Translations under genes and position numbers: made by a program
In this document: positions 9,319 to 20,300 of the stretch, piece by piece
Layout of the letters: the number at the start of each line of letters is the position of its first letter
Position numbering within the stretch: position 1 is the first letter of the stretch
Source of the DNA: an uncultured Azospirillaceae bacterium
Lineage (GTDB): Bacteria; Pseudomonadota; Alphaproteobacteria; RF32; CAG-239
DNA length: 30,315 nt
Direction of reading: 5' to 3'
Assembly: GCA_964383725.1 (NCBI GenBank)
Contig: CAYLIN010000001.1
Location: forward strand, 1 to 30,315
Notes under the pieces: generated by a model
Database searches by the model: none
What the model was told of the DNA's origin: nothing
What the model saw: only the letters and a program-made list of their open reading frames with translations

Positions 9319-9951
9319 ATGCCACGCAGAACCAAAGAAGAAGCCGAGCAAACCAAAGAAGCCGTTTTACAGTCGGCTTTGGATTTGTTTTATGAAAAAG
9401 GATATTCGCGAACAACTTTTGATGAGATCGCCAAACGTATTGGTCTCACAAAAGGTGCCGCTTATTGGCATTTTCGTAATAAAGCTGATTTGTTAGCAGA
9501 ATTAATGAATATCAAATTTAAACAAAAACAAAATTTGGCTAAAATTCAGTCTGAAAAGATTTTAACCGTTGAAGCTCTCAGAAATTCGGTTATTGCAGAT
9601 GCGCAGATTGTTCAAAATGATCCTGATTATTGCAAGTTTTTGTTCTTTATCCTTTATCAGATGGAATGGTCAGAAGCAATTATTCAAAAAATATCAGGGC
9701 AAATTCGTGAAATTAGGGATTTTCCGTTCTTTCAGTTAAAAGAAATATTGACTTTGTTACAAAAAAATGGAGAAATAGCCTCTAATGTTGATATTGATGA
9801 AACCGTTATCATTCTTTTATGTTTGTGGCGCGGTGTTTTAAATGTATATATCAGTAAAACTTATCCGATGGATTTGGTTCGGACTTTAACCAAAAGTTTT
9901 GACCTCATTATGGACGGTATTAAAGTGGAGAAAAAAGAAAAATGCAAGTAG
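9319..9951 (+). CDS. acrR: TetR/AcrR-family transcriptional repressor
   Basis: MPRRTKEEAEQTKEAVLQSALDLFYEKGYSRTTFDEIAKRIGLTKGAAYWHFRNK is an AcrR/TtgR-type HTH; first gene of the efflux operon. Confidence 0.9.
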   Translation: MPRRTKEEAEQTKEAVLQSALDLFYEKGYSRTTFDEIAKRIGLTKGAAYWHFRNKADLLAELMNIKFKQKQNLAKIQSEKILTVEALRNSVIADAQIVQNDPDYCKFLFFILYQMEWSEAIIQKISGQIREIRDFPFFQLKEILTLLQKNGEIASNVDIDETVIILLCLWRGVLNVYISKTYPMDLVRTLTKSFDLIMDGIKVEKKEKCK

Positions 9952-11111
9952 GGACAATTCATAAACGGACTATTATCAAGCAAATCGTCATTTTGGGCGC
10001 TTGTGTTGCTTTCGGCTGGTTTTTGAAAGCCCGCCTCACCCCGCAAATGGGTATGATGGGCGGTATGGGTGGCGGCACACCTTATGTGCTGACACAACAG
10101 CTTTCTACACGCAACATTTCTCCTAAACAAAGCTATATCGGACATGTTGAAGCAATCAAAAGTGTTAATTTAAAGCCGCAAGTGACCGGTTATGTTGAAA
10201 AAGTTTTGTTCCAAGAAGGTTCTTTGGTCAATGAAGGTGATATTTTGTTTGTGATTGAGCAAAAACGCTATATCGCCACGGTTGAATTGCGCCAAGCAGA
10301 ACTTGCCAGCGCTAAAGCCAATTTGGTTCGCACGGAAAGAGATTATCGTCGTCAAGCGTCTTTGAGCAAGCAAAACTATGCTTCTAAAGCTACTCTTGAC
10401 GCCGCAGAAAGCGCTTATTTACAAGCTAAAGCTGCTGTTGCCCAAGCCGAAGCCAGTTTAGAATTGGCAAAAATTGATTTGGATTATACCGAAATTAAAG
10501 CCCCGATTACCGGCTATATCGGAAAAGCAATGGTGACGGAAGGAAATTACGTTAACTCCACAACGCAAGATCTTGCCCGTATTGTTCAAACTGATCCTAT
10601 TCGCGTAGCTTTCTCTGTTTCTGATAAAGATATGCTGAGCTTGCGCCGCCTGTATAAAAACGGCAGCGAATCGTCTCCGATTAAAACTGAATTGGTTTTG
10701 GCTGACGGAACAGTTTTGGTTAATCACCTGAAATCACGTTTTACAGATAATGAAATCAACACTAACACAGCAACAATCGCCGTTTATGCCGAATACAGCA
10801 ATGATCATAATTTGCTTATTCCGGGTAACTATGTCGATATTCGCGTTGGAGAAAAGGAAGATAAAGTTGCTCTTTTAATCCCTCAAGCCGCTATTGCTCA
10901 AGACGAACACGGTAATTATGCTTATATTGTTAATGAAGATGGTATTGCCGAACAGAAACGTCTTGTTTTAGGTGACGTTATCGGTACAGAACAAGTTGTT
11001 GAATCCGGTTTGGAAGCTACTGACAAGGTTATTATTCAAGGGTTACAAAAAGTAACCAATGGACAAAAAGTCAATGCTTCCGAAGTTTTACCGGATGCTA
11101 AGGAGGAATAA
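9942..11111 (+). CDS. RND efflux periplasmic adaptor (MFP, AcrA-like)
   Basis: N-terminal TM anchor, LKPQVTGYVEKVLFQEGSLV lipoyl half, alpha-hairpin, IKAPITGYIG, and QGLQKV at the C-terminus; overlaps the TetR stop. Confidence 0.93.
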   Translation: MQVGTIHKRTIIKQIVILGACVAFGWFLKARLTPQMGMMGGMGGGTPYVLTQQLSTRNISPKQSYIGHVEAIKSVNLKPQVTGYVEKVLFQEGSLVNEGDILFVIEQKRYIATVELRQAELASAKANLVRTERDYRRQASLSKQNYASKATLDAAESAYLQAKAAVAQAEASLELAKIDLDYTEIKAPITGYIGKAMVTEGNYVNSTTQDLARIVQTDPIRVAFSVSDKDMLSLRRLYKNGSESSPIKTELVLADGTVLVNHLKSRFTDNEINTNTATIAVYAEYSNDHNLLIPGNYVDIRVGEKEDKVALLIPQAAIAQDEHGNYAYIVNEDGIAEQKRLVLGDVIGTEQVVESGLEATDKVIIQGLQKVTNGQKVNASEVLPDAKEE

Positions 11112-11114
11112 TTA

Positions 11115-14100
11115 ATGTTTTCACGCATTTTTATTGAACGCCCGCGCTTTGCGATGGTGATTTCCATCGTGTTGACTTTGGCGGGTATTATTTCTGTTTT
11201 TTCTTTGCCGATTTCTCTATATCCGGAAATTACGCCGCCGGAAATTGTGGTTTCAGCAGCTTATCCCGGCGCTAGTGCCGAAGTGGTTGCTAAAACTATC
11301 GGTATTCCGCTGGAAGCTGAAATCAATGGTGTGGAAGACATGTTGTATATGAGTTCTTCCTCTGAAGATTCCAGATATACTTTGACTGTTACGTTTAAGG
11401 TTGGTGTTGATCGCGACATGGCACAAGTTAAAGTCCAAAACCGTATTCAACAAGCTCAATCCAAGTTACCAACCGATGTTACCAGACAAGGTTTGACTGT
11501 TAAAAGCCGTTCTTCAAACATCTTAGGCTTCATCAGTATTATTTCTCCCAACAAAACCTATTCACAGCTGCAATTATCAGACTACGTACAAAACAACATC
11601 AAAGATGCCCTTGGTCGTGTTAGTGGTGTGGGTGAAGTGAATGTTTACTCATCAGCTATGAGTATGCGTGTTTGGTTAAATGCTGATAAAATTACAGCTT
11701 TGAATATTCCTGTATCAGAAATTAAGGCTGCTATTGAAGGACAAAACTATCAACCGTCTTTAGGCAGTATCGGCGCTATGCCGGGTGACGGCACACAGCA
11801 AATGGTTTATACTTTGCAAACACAAGGTCGTATTAACGAGGTTGAAGACTTTAAAAACATCATTATTCGTACAGCTGAACAAGGCGGATTGCTTTACTTG
11901 AAAGACATTGCTGAAGTTAATATCGGCGAGGAAAGTTATCGTGCCACATCAAGCTTTAACTCAGCTCCGAACGTTGCTATTGCCATTAACCAATTGGCCG
12001 GCGCTAATGCGTTAGATGCCATGGATGGTGTCAAAAAAGAGATGGAGCGTTTGGCTCAGCGTTTTCCGGAAGATATTACTTATATTATCGGTTATGACTC
12101 AACCGAATATATTGAAGCTTCTATTGAAGAAGTTGTTTTCACCTTGGTTTTGACATTCTTGCTGGTTATTCTGGTTTGCTACATGTTCCTACAAGATTGG
12201 CGCTCAACTTTGGTGCCTACGCTGACCATTCCGGTTTCAATTTTTGCTACTTTTGCTGTCATGCTCGCCATGGGGTATAGCTTAAACATGTTGACTTTGT
12301 TCGGTTTGGTTTTGGCTATCGGTTTGGTGGTGGATGACGCTATTGTGGTTGTGGAACGTGTTTTGTTCTTGATGGAATCTGAAAACCTAAGCCCGAAAGA
12401 GGCTACTATCAAAGCAATGGAACAAGTTTCAAGCGCGATTATTGCGACAACCTTGGTATTGCTGGCTATTTTTGTACCGGTCGGTTTCTTGGGCGGTATT
12501 ACCGGAAAGATTTATCAGCAATTTGCGATTGCAATTTCAACATCCGTTGCCTTTTCATCATTGAATGCACTGACGTTGTCTCCGGCATTGTGCGCTACTT
12601 TGTTGCGCCCTGTCACGCCGGCTACATCAGGGCCATTGTTCTGGTTCAATAATATTATTGGCAAATCTCGTGATAAATATGCTTCCATCGTCGGTTTTAT
12701 CGGTCGCAAAGTTAGTGTGATTTTCTTGATTATGGTTCTGTTGTTTGCCGGTGTCGGAGCTTTCTTGAATATTAGCCAAACGTCATTTATCCCGTCAGAA
12801 GATCAAGGGGTTATCTTCATGAACATTCAGTTGCCGGAAGGTGCAAGCCGTGTCCGCACACAGGAATTTGTGAATAAGATTTATCCTCTGATTAAAGAAG
12901 AACCCGGTGTCAATAATGTGATGAGCGTTATCGGCGTTAGTATGATTGGCGGAAGCGGTGAAAATACAGCAATGAACATTATCACTTTGCACCCCTGGAA
13001 CAAGCGCGAAGGAGCTGAGTTATACTCAACTAATATTTTAAACCGAATCCGAGCTAAAGTTGTTGGTATGCCTGAAGCAGAAGTCCAATTATTTGAACCC
13101 CCTGCTATTATGGGCTTGGGTATGAGTGGCGGTATGGATTATCGTTTGCAAGCCCTGAATAGTGATGATCCGCAACAGTTGGAAAGAACATTGCGTAACT
13201 TGTTGGGACAAATCAACGCAGATCCGAATGTGATGTATGCCTACACAACATATACAGCACAAACACCAAACTATTATATTACTATCGACAGAGATAAAGC
13301 CGAAGCGATGAAAGTTTCCATCGGCAGCATTTACAGCGTGTTGCAGAATTATCTCGGCTCCAGCTATGTTAACGATGTTAACTTCGGAACACAGGTTAAT
13401 AAGGTTATGATTCAGGCTGATTGGAAATATCGTAAAGATTTGGACAGCGTAAAGAATCTGCATGTTCAAAACCAAAAAGGTGAGATGGTTCCGCTTGATC
13501 CGATGATTTCACTGAAAAAGGTATTAGCTCCGCGTGTTGTCAGCCGTTATAACCAATATCCGAGTGCGTCGATTACGGCGGTTCAAAGTCCGGCATCAAG
13601 TACCGGTCAAGCCATGGGGGCTTTGGAAGAAATTTCAAACAGACTTCCCACAAGTTTTGGTTATGATTGGTCCGGTATGAGCTATCAGGAAAAATCAAGC
13701 AGCGGTCAAATCGGCTATTTGATTATGCTGGCGATGACTTTTGCTTACTTGTTCTTAGTGGCGCAATACGAAAGCTGGTCAACCCCCCTACCCGTGTTGA
13801 CTTCAGTTTCTGTAGCTATGCTCGGAGCTTTGTTCGGTTTGTTCATTACCGGATTGCCGCTTAGTATTTATGCGCAATTAGGTTTGATTTTGTTGGTCGG
13901 TTTAGCTGCTAAAAACGCAATTTTGGTGGTTGAATTCTCTAAAGAAGAACAAGAACGCGGGGCTTCCATCATTAAAGCGGCTGTTGTCGGGACTAAAGAA
14001 CGTTTCCGTGCGGTGCTGATGACGGCCTTCACTTTCATCTTGGGTGTGCTGCCGATGATTGTTGCCACAGGCGCCGGTGCCTCAAGCCGAATCGCTATCG

Positions 14101-14210
14101 GCGTACCGGTGTTTTACGGCATGTTGCTTGGAACGGTGTGCGGTTTGATTGTTATTCCGCTGTTATATATCTTGTTCCAGACACTTCGAGAAAAGACTAA
14201 GAAACAATAA
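11115..14210 (+). CDS. HAE1-family RND efflux permease (AcrB/MexF/BepE-like)
   Basis: 1031 aa; [28 protein letters not shown] (proton-relay DD), AAKNAIL (Lys), RFRAVLMT. Confidence 0.96.
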   Translation: MFSRIFIERPRFAMVISIVLTLAGIISVFSLPISLYPEITPPEIVVSAAYPGASAEVVAKTIGIPLEAEINGVEDMLYMSSSSEDSRYTLTVTFKVGVDRDMAQVKVQNRIQQAQSKLPTDVTRQGLTVKSRSSNILGFISIISPNKTYSQLQLSDYVQNNIKDALGRVSGVGEVNVYSSAMSMRVWLNADKITALNIPVSEIKAAIEGQNYQPSLGSIGAMPGDGTQQMVYTLQTQGRINEVEDFKNIIIRTAEQGGLLYLKDIAEVNIGEESYRATSSFNSAPNVAIAINQLAGANALDAMDGVKKEMERLAQRFPEDITYIIGYDSTEYIEASIEEVVFTLVLTFLLVILVCYMFLQDWRSTLVPTLTIPVSIFATFAVMLAMGYSLNMLTLFGLVLAIGLVVDDAIVVVERVLFLMESENLSPKEATIKAMEQVSSAIIATTLVLLAIFVPVGFLGGITGKIYQQFAIAISTSVAFSSLNALTLSPALCATLLRPVTPATSGPLFWFNNIIGKSRDKYASIVGFIGRKVSVIFLIMVLLFAGVGAFLNISQTSFIPSEDQGVIFMNIQLPEGASRVRTQEFVNKIYPLIKEEPGVNNVMSVIGVSMIGGSGENTAMNIITLHPWNKREGAELYSTNILNRIRAKVVGMPEAEVQLFEPPAIMGLGMSGGMDYRLQALNSDDPQQLERTLRNLLGQINADPNVMYAYTTYTAQTPNYYITIDRDKAEAMKVSIGSIYSVLQNYLGSSYVNDVNFGTQVNKVMIQADWKYRKDLDSVKNLHVQNQKGEMVPLDPMISLKKVLAPRVVSRYNQYPSASITAVQSPASSTGQAMGALEEISNRLPTSFGYDWSGMSYQEKSSSGQIGYLIMLAMTFAYLFLVAQYESWSTPLPVLTSVSVAMLGALFGLFITGLPLSIYAQLGLILLVGLAAKNAILVVEFSKEEQERGASIIKAAVVGTKERFRAVLMTAFTFILGVLPMIVATGAGASSRIAIGVPVFYGMLLGTVCGLIVIPLLYILFQTLREKTKKQ

Positions 14211-14214
14211 AAGA

Positions 14215-14247
14215 ATAAAATCCTCCGATTTCGGGGGATTTTATTTT
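14215..14247 (+). terminator. Intrinsic terminator of the efflux operon
   Basis: ATAAAATCCTCCGA-TT-TCGGGGGATTTTATTTT hairpin immediately after the stop codon. Confidence 0.8.
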
Positions 14248-14347
14248 GTCAAAATTTATCACAGTACATGAATTAGCAATTGCAAATGCCTGATAAAGTG
14301 TTTATTATAATAGAAAATGCATTTTTTTAATACTTACAGGTTTATAG

Positions 14348-17300
14348 ATGTCTAAACTGAAGCGTAATTTATTCCTTCTGGTCGTGGCTTTGTTGACGGC
14401 AAAAGTTGTTTATGCCGCAGTTGTTCCTATTGTCGACACACCAGCCAGCAGTTCTTATGGTCAAAAATATCTGATGACGCCGCTATCGTCATCATCGAGC
14501 TCAGGAGAAACGACTCCTCGTACGTCGACCTATTCCGGTGTGACTTGCGGCACCATAACGGCAACTACAGAGAATGGCTGTAAAACAACGCTGGGAATCG
14601 ATGATGCGGTAGCAACTCCGTGCGATGGCGGAAAATATACCTGTTCTTGCCCCTCAACATATAATAAATCTTGCACCTCATCCAGTGAAATGGGGGTTGG
14701 GGTTGCTTGCGGCGGCAAATATAAATCCTGTCAAACCATTGGCTCTATTACGTGTAATGAGATTGTTGCAATGCGTACGGGATTACCTCTGGAACAAGTA
14801 GATGTTGAGAAAGATTTTAAATTTGGTTTTGAAACAACGAATTCCTCTAATTGCCAAACATCATCTCCTTTTAATTATACTTTATATAGATGTAAGCTCA
14901 ATGCTTCTGATACTACAGAAGTAAACTTTTGTATGTATCCGATTTGTCAGGAGTTAATTAACAATCCTAATCATCCTTTACGTATTCATGACAAATATCA
15001 TCCTAATGATCCGACGCCTAACGCAGATATGTTACTGCAATATCCGGAAGGCGATCCATTTTCTAGAATTTATTGTTATGATACAACTTCACAGAACTAC
15101 TCCCGTGCTTATTACTGCAATGAAGAATATACAGAAACCCCTGTAGGTGAGTGCGCCTCCAACGAACGGCATGAGATTTGTGAGGTTGAAAAAACACGTA
15201 AGTATGGTGAGTGTACTGATAGTCCATCTACCCTTTGTAGCATTGAGGATACCTCCTTTATTTTAAAAAGAAGACTAAGGAAAGAAGATTTTTATAGTGG
15301 GGGGGTAGACGATTGTCACTTCTCAGCGGAGTTTATGGATGGCTTCAAAAACGGAACATGTGTTTTATTGAATGAAAACGGCAGAATTTTACCATCTGGT
15401 TATTCGCAAACTGATCATTGTCAATGCAATTCTGGTGAGAAAGATGTGCCCCCAGTGTATCCATATACACAAGCGTGTGAAGGTTATCGCATAGAAAGCG
15501 GTTCTCCGTTAGTCGGTTCCGCTGTTGTTCCGGTGGTCAGCAAACTTAATCTGCCAATATCTAATAACAAAGATGTTTTGGATTTTTGTCTGTGGGATGC
15601 TCAATCATCTGTACCATATTACGATGAAAAAGAACCCGATGAGCACGGAACTCTAATTTCGGTGAGCGCCGCATACAATGCCAACACATATACCACCACA
15701 TTTGCGGCAGAAAAGTTAAGATACAAATCTTGTCTTCCTAAGTGTCCGGATAATTTTCAGATTACTTTAGCTTCTGAAGTCGATAAAAGCACGTTTACCT
15801 GCCCGAACGGTTTACCTCCTAACTCTTGTGCGGTTGAAATTTCCGCGACAGATTCCGCGATAACCGGATATGTCAAAATGCTTCACGAAAAATTCAGTAT
15901 GAATATTCCGACTTTTTATGAGGAAGCCCTTTATTGCGGTTGCCCGTTGGATTGGAAAACATCTTGTCCTGCAGGGGAAGCTCTTGCAGGTTCGAAGTGC
16001 AGTTCCGGCGGTACGGACTATTATTCTCATTGCGTTAAAACGTGTGATAATACCTCCCCCAAGCAGTCAACGCCTGTTAAAGAAAGCGGAACAGAAACAA
16101 AATGTTCAACTGTCGAAGGGGGAGAGTTTGTACAAACACACATTCCCAACACAGGTAAATGTTCAGCTAACGGAGATTTTAGCCAAACAGTCAGCTGTGG
16201 TTCCGATAATGCTCAATGTTGTTTAAGTGCAACAGAATGCTACACAGACTTCTTTAAGGTTTCAGAATCTGCCTCGTCTTGTATTCCGATGAATGTGGCA
16301 GATACTTTCCCGTCTTTATGTATTGATCCTTCTGTAGCACTGCAAAAATCTCCTATTGTATCGGTACAATGTTCTTGTCCGGATAACTATAAGTCTTGTT
16401 CGGATGCCTCATCTTCCGGCATCGGAGCTCGTTGTCCTTTTGAAGGCAGTGATAAATATGCAGAATGCAGTGTTGGCTGTCCGACAGACAAAACGGAATA
16501 TTTGGTTACCAATATAGAGGATTGTAAAATTGGTTCAGAAAACGGAAAAATAAGTGAATGTTATACAGATGTTTCCGATCTTTCGACAAAGAAATATATA
16601 TGTAAGTGTCCGGATTCATTTAATCCCAGAGACGGGCATATGTGGAATTTTAACATATTAGGTCACTGTATCAGATTGACAATGGAATCGGAATATCTCT
16701 ATTCTGATAATAATAAACTGGCTGATTTAACCAGATGTAAAAACAACACAAAATGCACACAATGTTTGAAAGAGTTTGTTGGATATGGAACATCTTGTGA
16801 TTTTGATGCCCGTAATGCTTCCGGCACAATTGAGCAAAGTTTGATAAAACATCAGAGTATCATCATTTCTTGTAAATTCCTTGAAGAAAACTTTGATAAT
16901 AAGTTACATATCGTCGATAATTTTAACGACTGTGCAGCCTTAGGTTTGGGAACACCGACTGAGGATAATTATCGTTGTCATGATCCGGTTCAGAACAAAA
17001 GACGTTCTATTTGTCGTTGTCCGGGAGAGTTTAGAACAAAATCAGAATTTTGCAACTCCTCACAAGCCAGACCGGCCGGTATCAGTGAAGCTGATTGTTT
17101 AAGAGATTATAATCCAATCGGAGAAGTTTGCGCCTTGGATACATCTCCTCGTTATTGGACGGGATACCAAGATGTTTTAACAAATGTAAAAGCTGATGTT
17201 CCTCGGTTTAAAACATTTGTTAACAGCTGTCCGGATTCAACCATCCGTCCGGCATATGATTCCAAAGAAAAATGTATGGTTGGCGATGATCCTACAGCTG

Positions 17301-20300
17301 ATTTTAATAAAGATTATGAACACCGAGCTCACCAATGCAGCGTCGAATCAGAAGACGGAAGCGGAGAAAGATTTTATTGTGACTGCCCCTCTTCTTTCAT
17401 CACAGAATGTAAAAATCCGAATGAAATTCTCGGCGGCTTGTCTTGCGAATATGACAGCTTGGATTATAATGACAGAAAATATCAAAAATGTCTGCCGCAA
17501 TGTGAAGAAACGGCTGAAACACCGGTTGTTATATCTCCGGAAGACTGCCCGACTGTTGATGGTGAAGCCGCAGATACATCATATAAATGCTTTAACAAAA
17601 AAGGCGACCCGATTGAACGTACGGCTTGTCGTTGTCCCAAAAACGGCTGGCAAACATTGGAAGAGTATTGCGGTAATGACGGCGTAACCTATAAAGAGCG
17701 AAAATATACTAAAGAAGAATGCTTGAAATCATTTATCGGTGTTGGAACTGTATGTACGTTTGATGGTTATGGTGTTCGAAAATATCAAAGATTTGAAATT
17801 ACTTGCCCGACTGATCGTCCGCTTTTCTACACGTCAGACGAATGTAGTCAGGCAACAATCCCCGGAACTGTCGACTATACTTGTTATGAAAAAGATAACT
17901 TGCAACAACAACGCGTTGTTTGTAAATGTCCGTCCTCGTGGGTTGATGTTGAGGGCAAAAAAGTCAGTGCCGGCTCTCAGATTTGCTCGACGACAGAAGA
18001 GGCCAGCGGAACAACCTGTAACTTTGACAGTTTAACATCTCTCAAATATGAAAAATGTTATCCTAAATGCCAATCTGTTCCTACAAACGGACAAAATCTC
18101 ACTTATATGGATGAAGAAGAGCCGACTATTCTTGATTGTACAGAAAAACTTGGTGATGGTGCAACTTTTGGAGTAGACAGCAATGGAAGCAAGTGCAGTA
18201 AAAATCATGAACTGTATACACCTTGCTATTGCGGACCTGATTTCATCAATACATGTCAAAATGACAATCAACGTCCGGCAGAAAATTCTTTAGCTTGTAC
18301 TATCGGTGGCACAACCTATTATAAAACTTGTGAAAATAATGCTTGTCGTGAACCGAGTTCATCTATTGCCATAATAGAAATGGCCAGTGGAAATACAAAT
18401 GCAGATGCCGCTTGCAAAAGTCGTTTCGGAAGCGGGGCAACAGGTCGAAACTGCGGAATTTCTCAAGCAGAGTGTTCGTGTGATCCGCGTACTTTTGTTG
18501 AAACCTGTGATTATCCTCTGGATAAGCCGGATAAAAGTAAGGTTGAATGGTGTCGTTTAGGCGAAGGTTCAACTCAGATGGAAAACGGAACAGATCACTT
18601 CAAACTTGGAGAATGTAAGGTCAGAACTTTATTGGCTAAATGTGGGAAACATATTTTATTGGACAGCGGTCGACAAGACTCGACACCGATTATTTATGTG
18701 ACAGAAACAGAGAGCCAATGTAAAACGCGCTTTGGAAGCGGTGCAAAAGCTCAATTATGCGAATATGAGGATAATACAGACAAACGTGCATTTAACTGCT
18801 ATTTCAGTCTTTCTGATTTTCCGATAACAGAAGATACATGTCCGGTTCGCCATGTATTGAGCAGTGAATATATTACTTATAACAACACAAAATATTATAA
18901 GAGTTGTGATTGTCATTCCGCTTATAAACACCACAAATACAATTGTTCAGGAATGTTAAGCGGCGGTGCATGTACTCAAAAACTTACCAAAGAAATGATT
19001 GATGCTGATGTTACATTGAAAGAAGCCGGTATTTCTGTCGGCACAGAATTGTCACAATATCCGTATTGTCAATGCACTTCCGACTATAGTCAGGTTTGTG
19101 ATGGGGAACGTTATATTGGGGTCGGTAAACCTTGTAACGGTAAGTACACGGCTTGTGAATGTAAAAAAGATGAATTGCCGGAAAATTGGGCTGACAACTA
19201 TTATGGCTGCCCGGGTGGTAAAAAACCAACCGGCGTTACCAAGCCTAACGGATGTGGCGGAAAATATTATCAATGTTCGGTCACGGAATGTACATGGCAA
19301 CATACAGAAAAATGTTTATCTCCGTTGATTGGTGTAGATCCTTGTCAGGATAATCAAGGCAATATCGGCGGATATAAAAGCTGTCGTTGTCCGGATGGAT
19401 ATAAAAAATGTTCTGACGGCATTGTCGGAAAAGGTGAACCTTGCATTTTGAACGGTGATTACTATTACACCTCATGTGAAGAAACAACAACGTGCAACCA
19501 TGGCGAAAGCAAAACATGTCAGGAAGAGTTTTTAGTTGGCGTCAACCCATGTACGCGCAACAATGTTACCTATTTTGAATATTGTAAATGTTCCGCCGGT
19601 TTTGACAAACTTTGCGATGATGGCGAAGTCGGGGTTGGCTTGGCATGCAAACTCAATGGTAAGGAATATTACCAATCCTGCAGCAAGCCGTCTTCTACCT
19701 GTACTTCTGAGCACACGGAAACTTGCGATACATTCCAAGAAAAATATGATCCCTGTGTCAGCAGTGACAATAAGTTGTTGTATAAATGTAAATGCCCCTC
19801 AAATTGGAGCACCTGTCGTGATACAGGAAGTGCCGATGGAGCTGACAGATGTACAGCTACGGATGGAACCATTTATTATAACCAATGTGCTGTTAGCGGA
19901 CAATGCTCGCCTCTACAAGAAAAGACTTATTCCGTTTGTACATCCTCACAAAAAGGAAGTGGCGGAAGCTGTGTTTCAACGGAAAGCAATATTACCAAAT
20001 ATGCTGTCTGTGAAGAAACCTCCTCTTGTCGTTTGAACGGTTATAAATACACCTGTTTAGGATTTGATCAGGAAGCTTTAGGGACAGATTCTTGCGTGGA
20101 TGAAAATGGAAACAGACTTTATAAAGAATGTAAATGTCCGGCTAAATGGATTACTTGTCCCGGTAAAAACAATAAAAAAGGACGTTCTTGTACCGGATTA
20201 AGTGAATCCGGCGCTTCTATGGAGCCTGTTTATGAAAGTTGTACCTGTGACGCAACATTATATAAGTATACTTGCCAAATTGAAGAGTTTGGCTCAAACC

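Noticed and set aside
14280-14311. TTGCAA...TATAAT promoter for the giant gene
   Set aside because: The spacer is 20 nt; only the -10 is convincing, so it is not listed as a feature.
19380-19680. EGF-like or Giardia VSP-like identity of the modules (CRCPDGY, CKCSAGF)
   Set aside because: The resemblance is local only. The next Cys comes 2-3 residues after the aromatic, unlike EGF spacing, and CxC rather than CxxC dominates.
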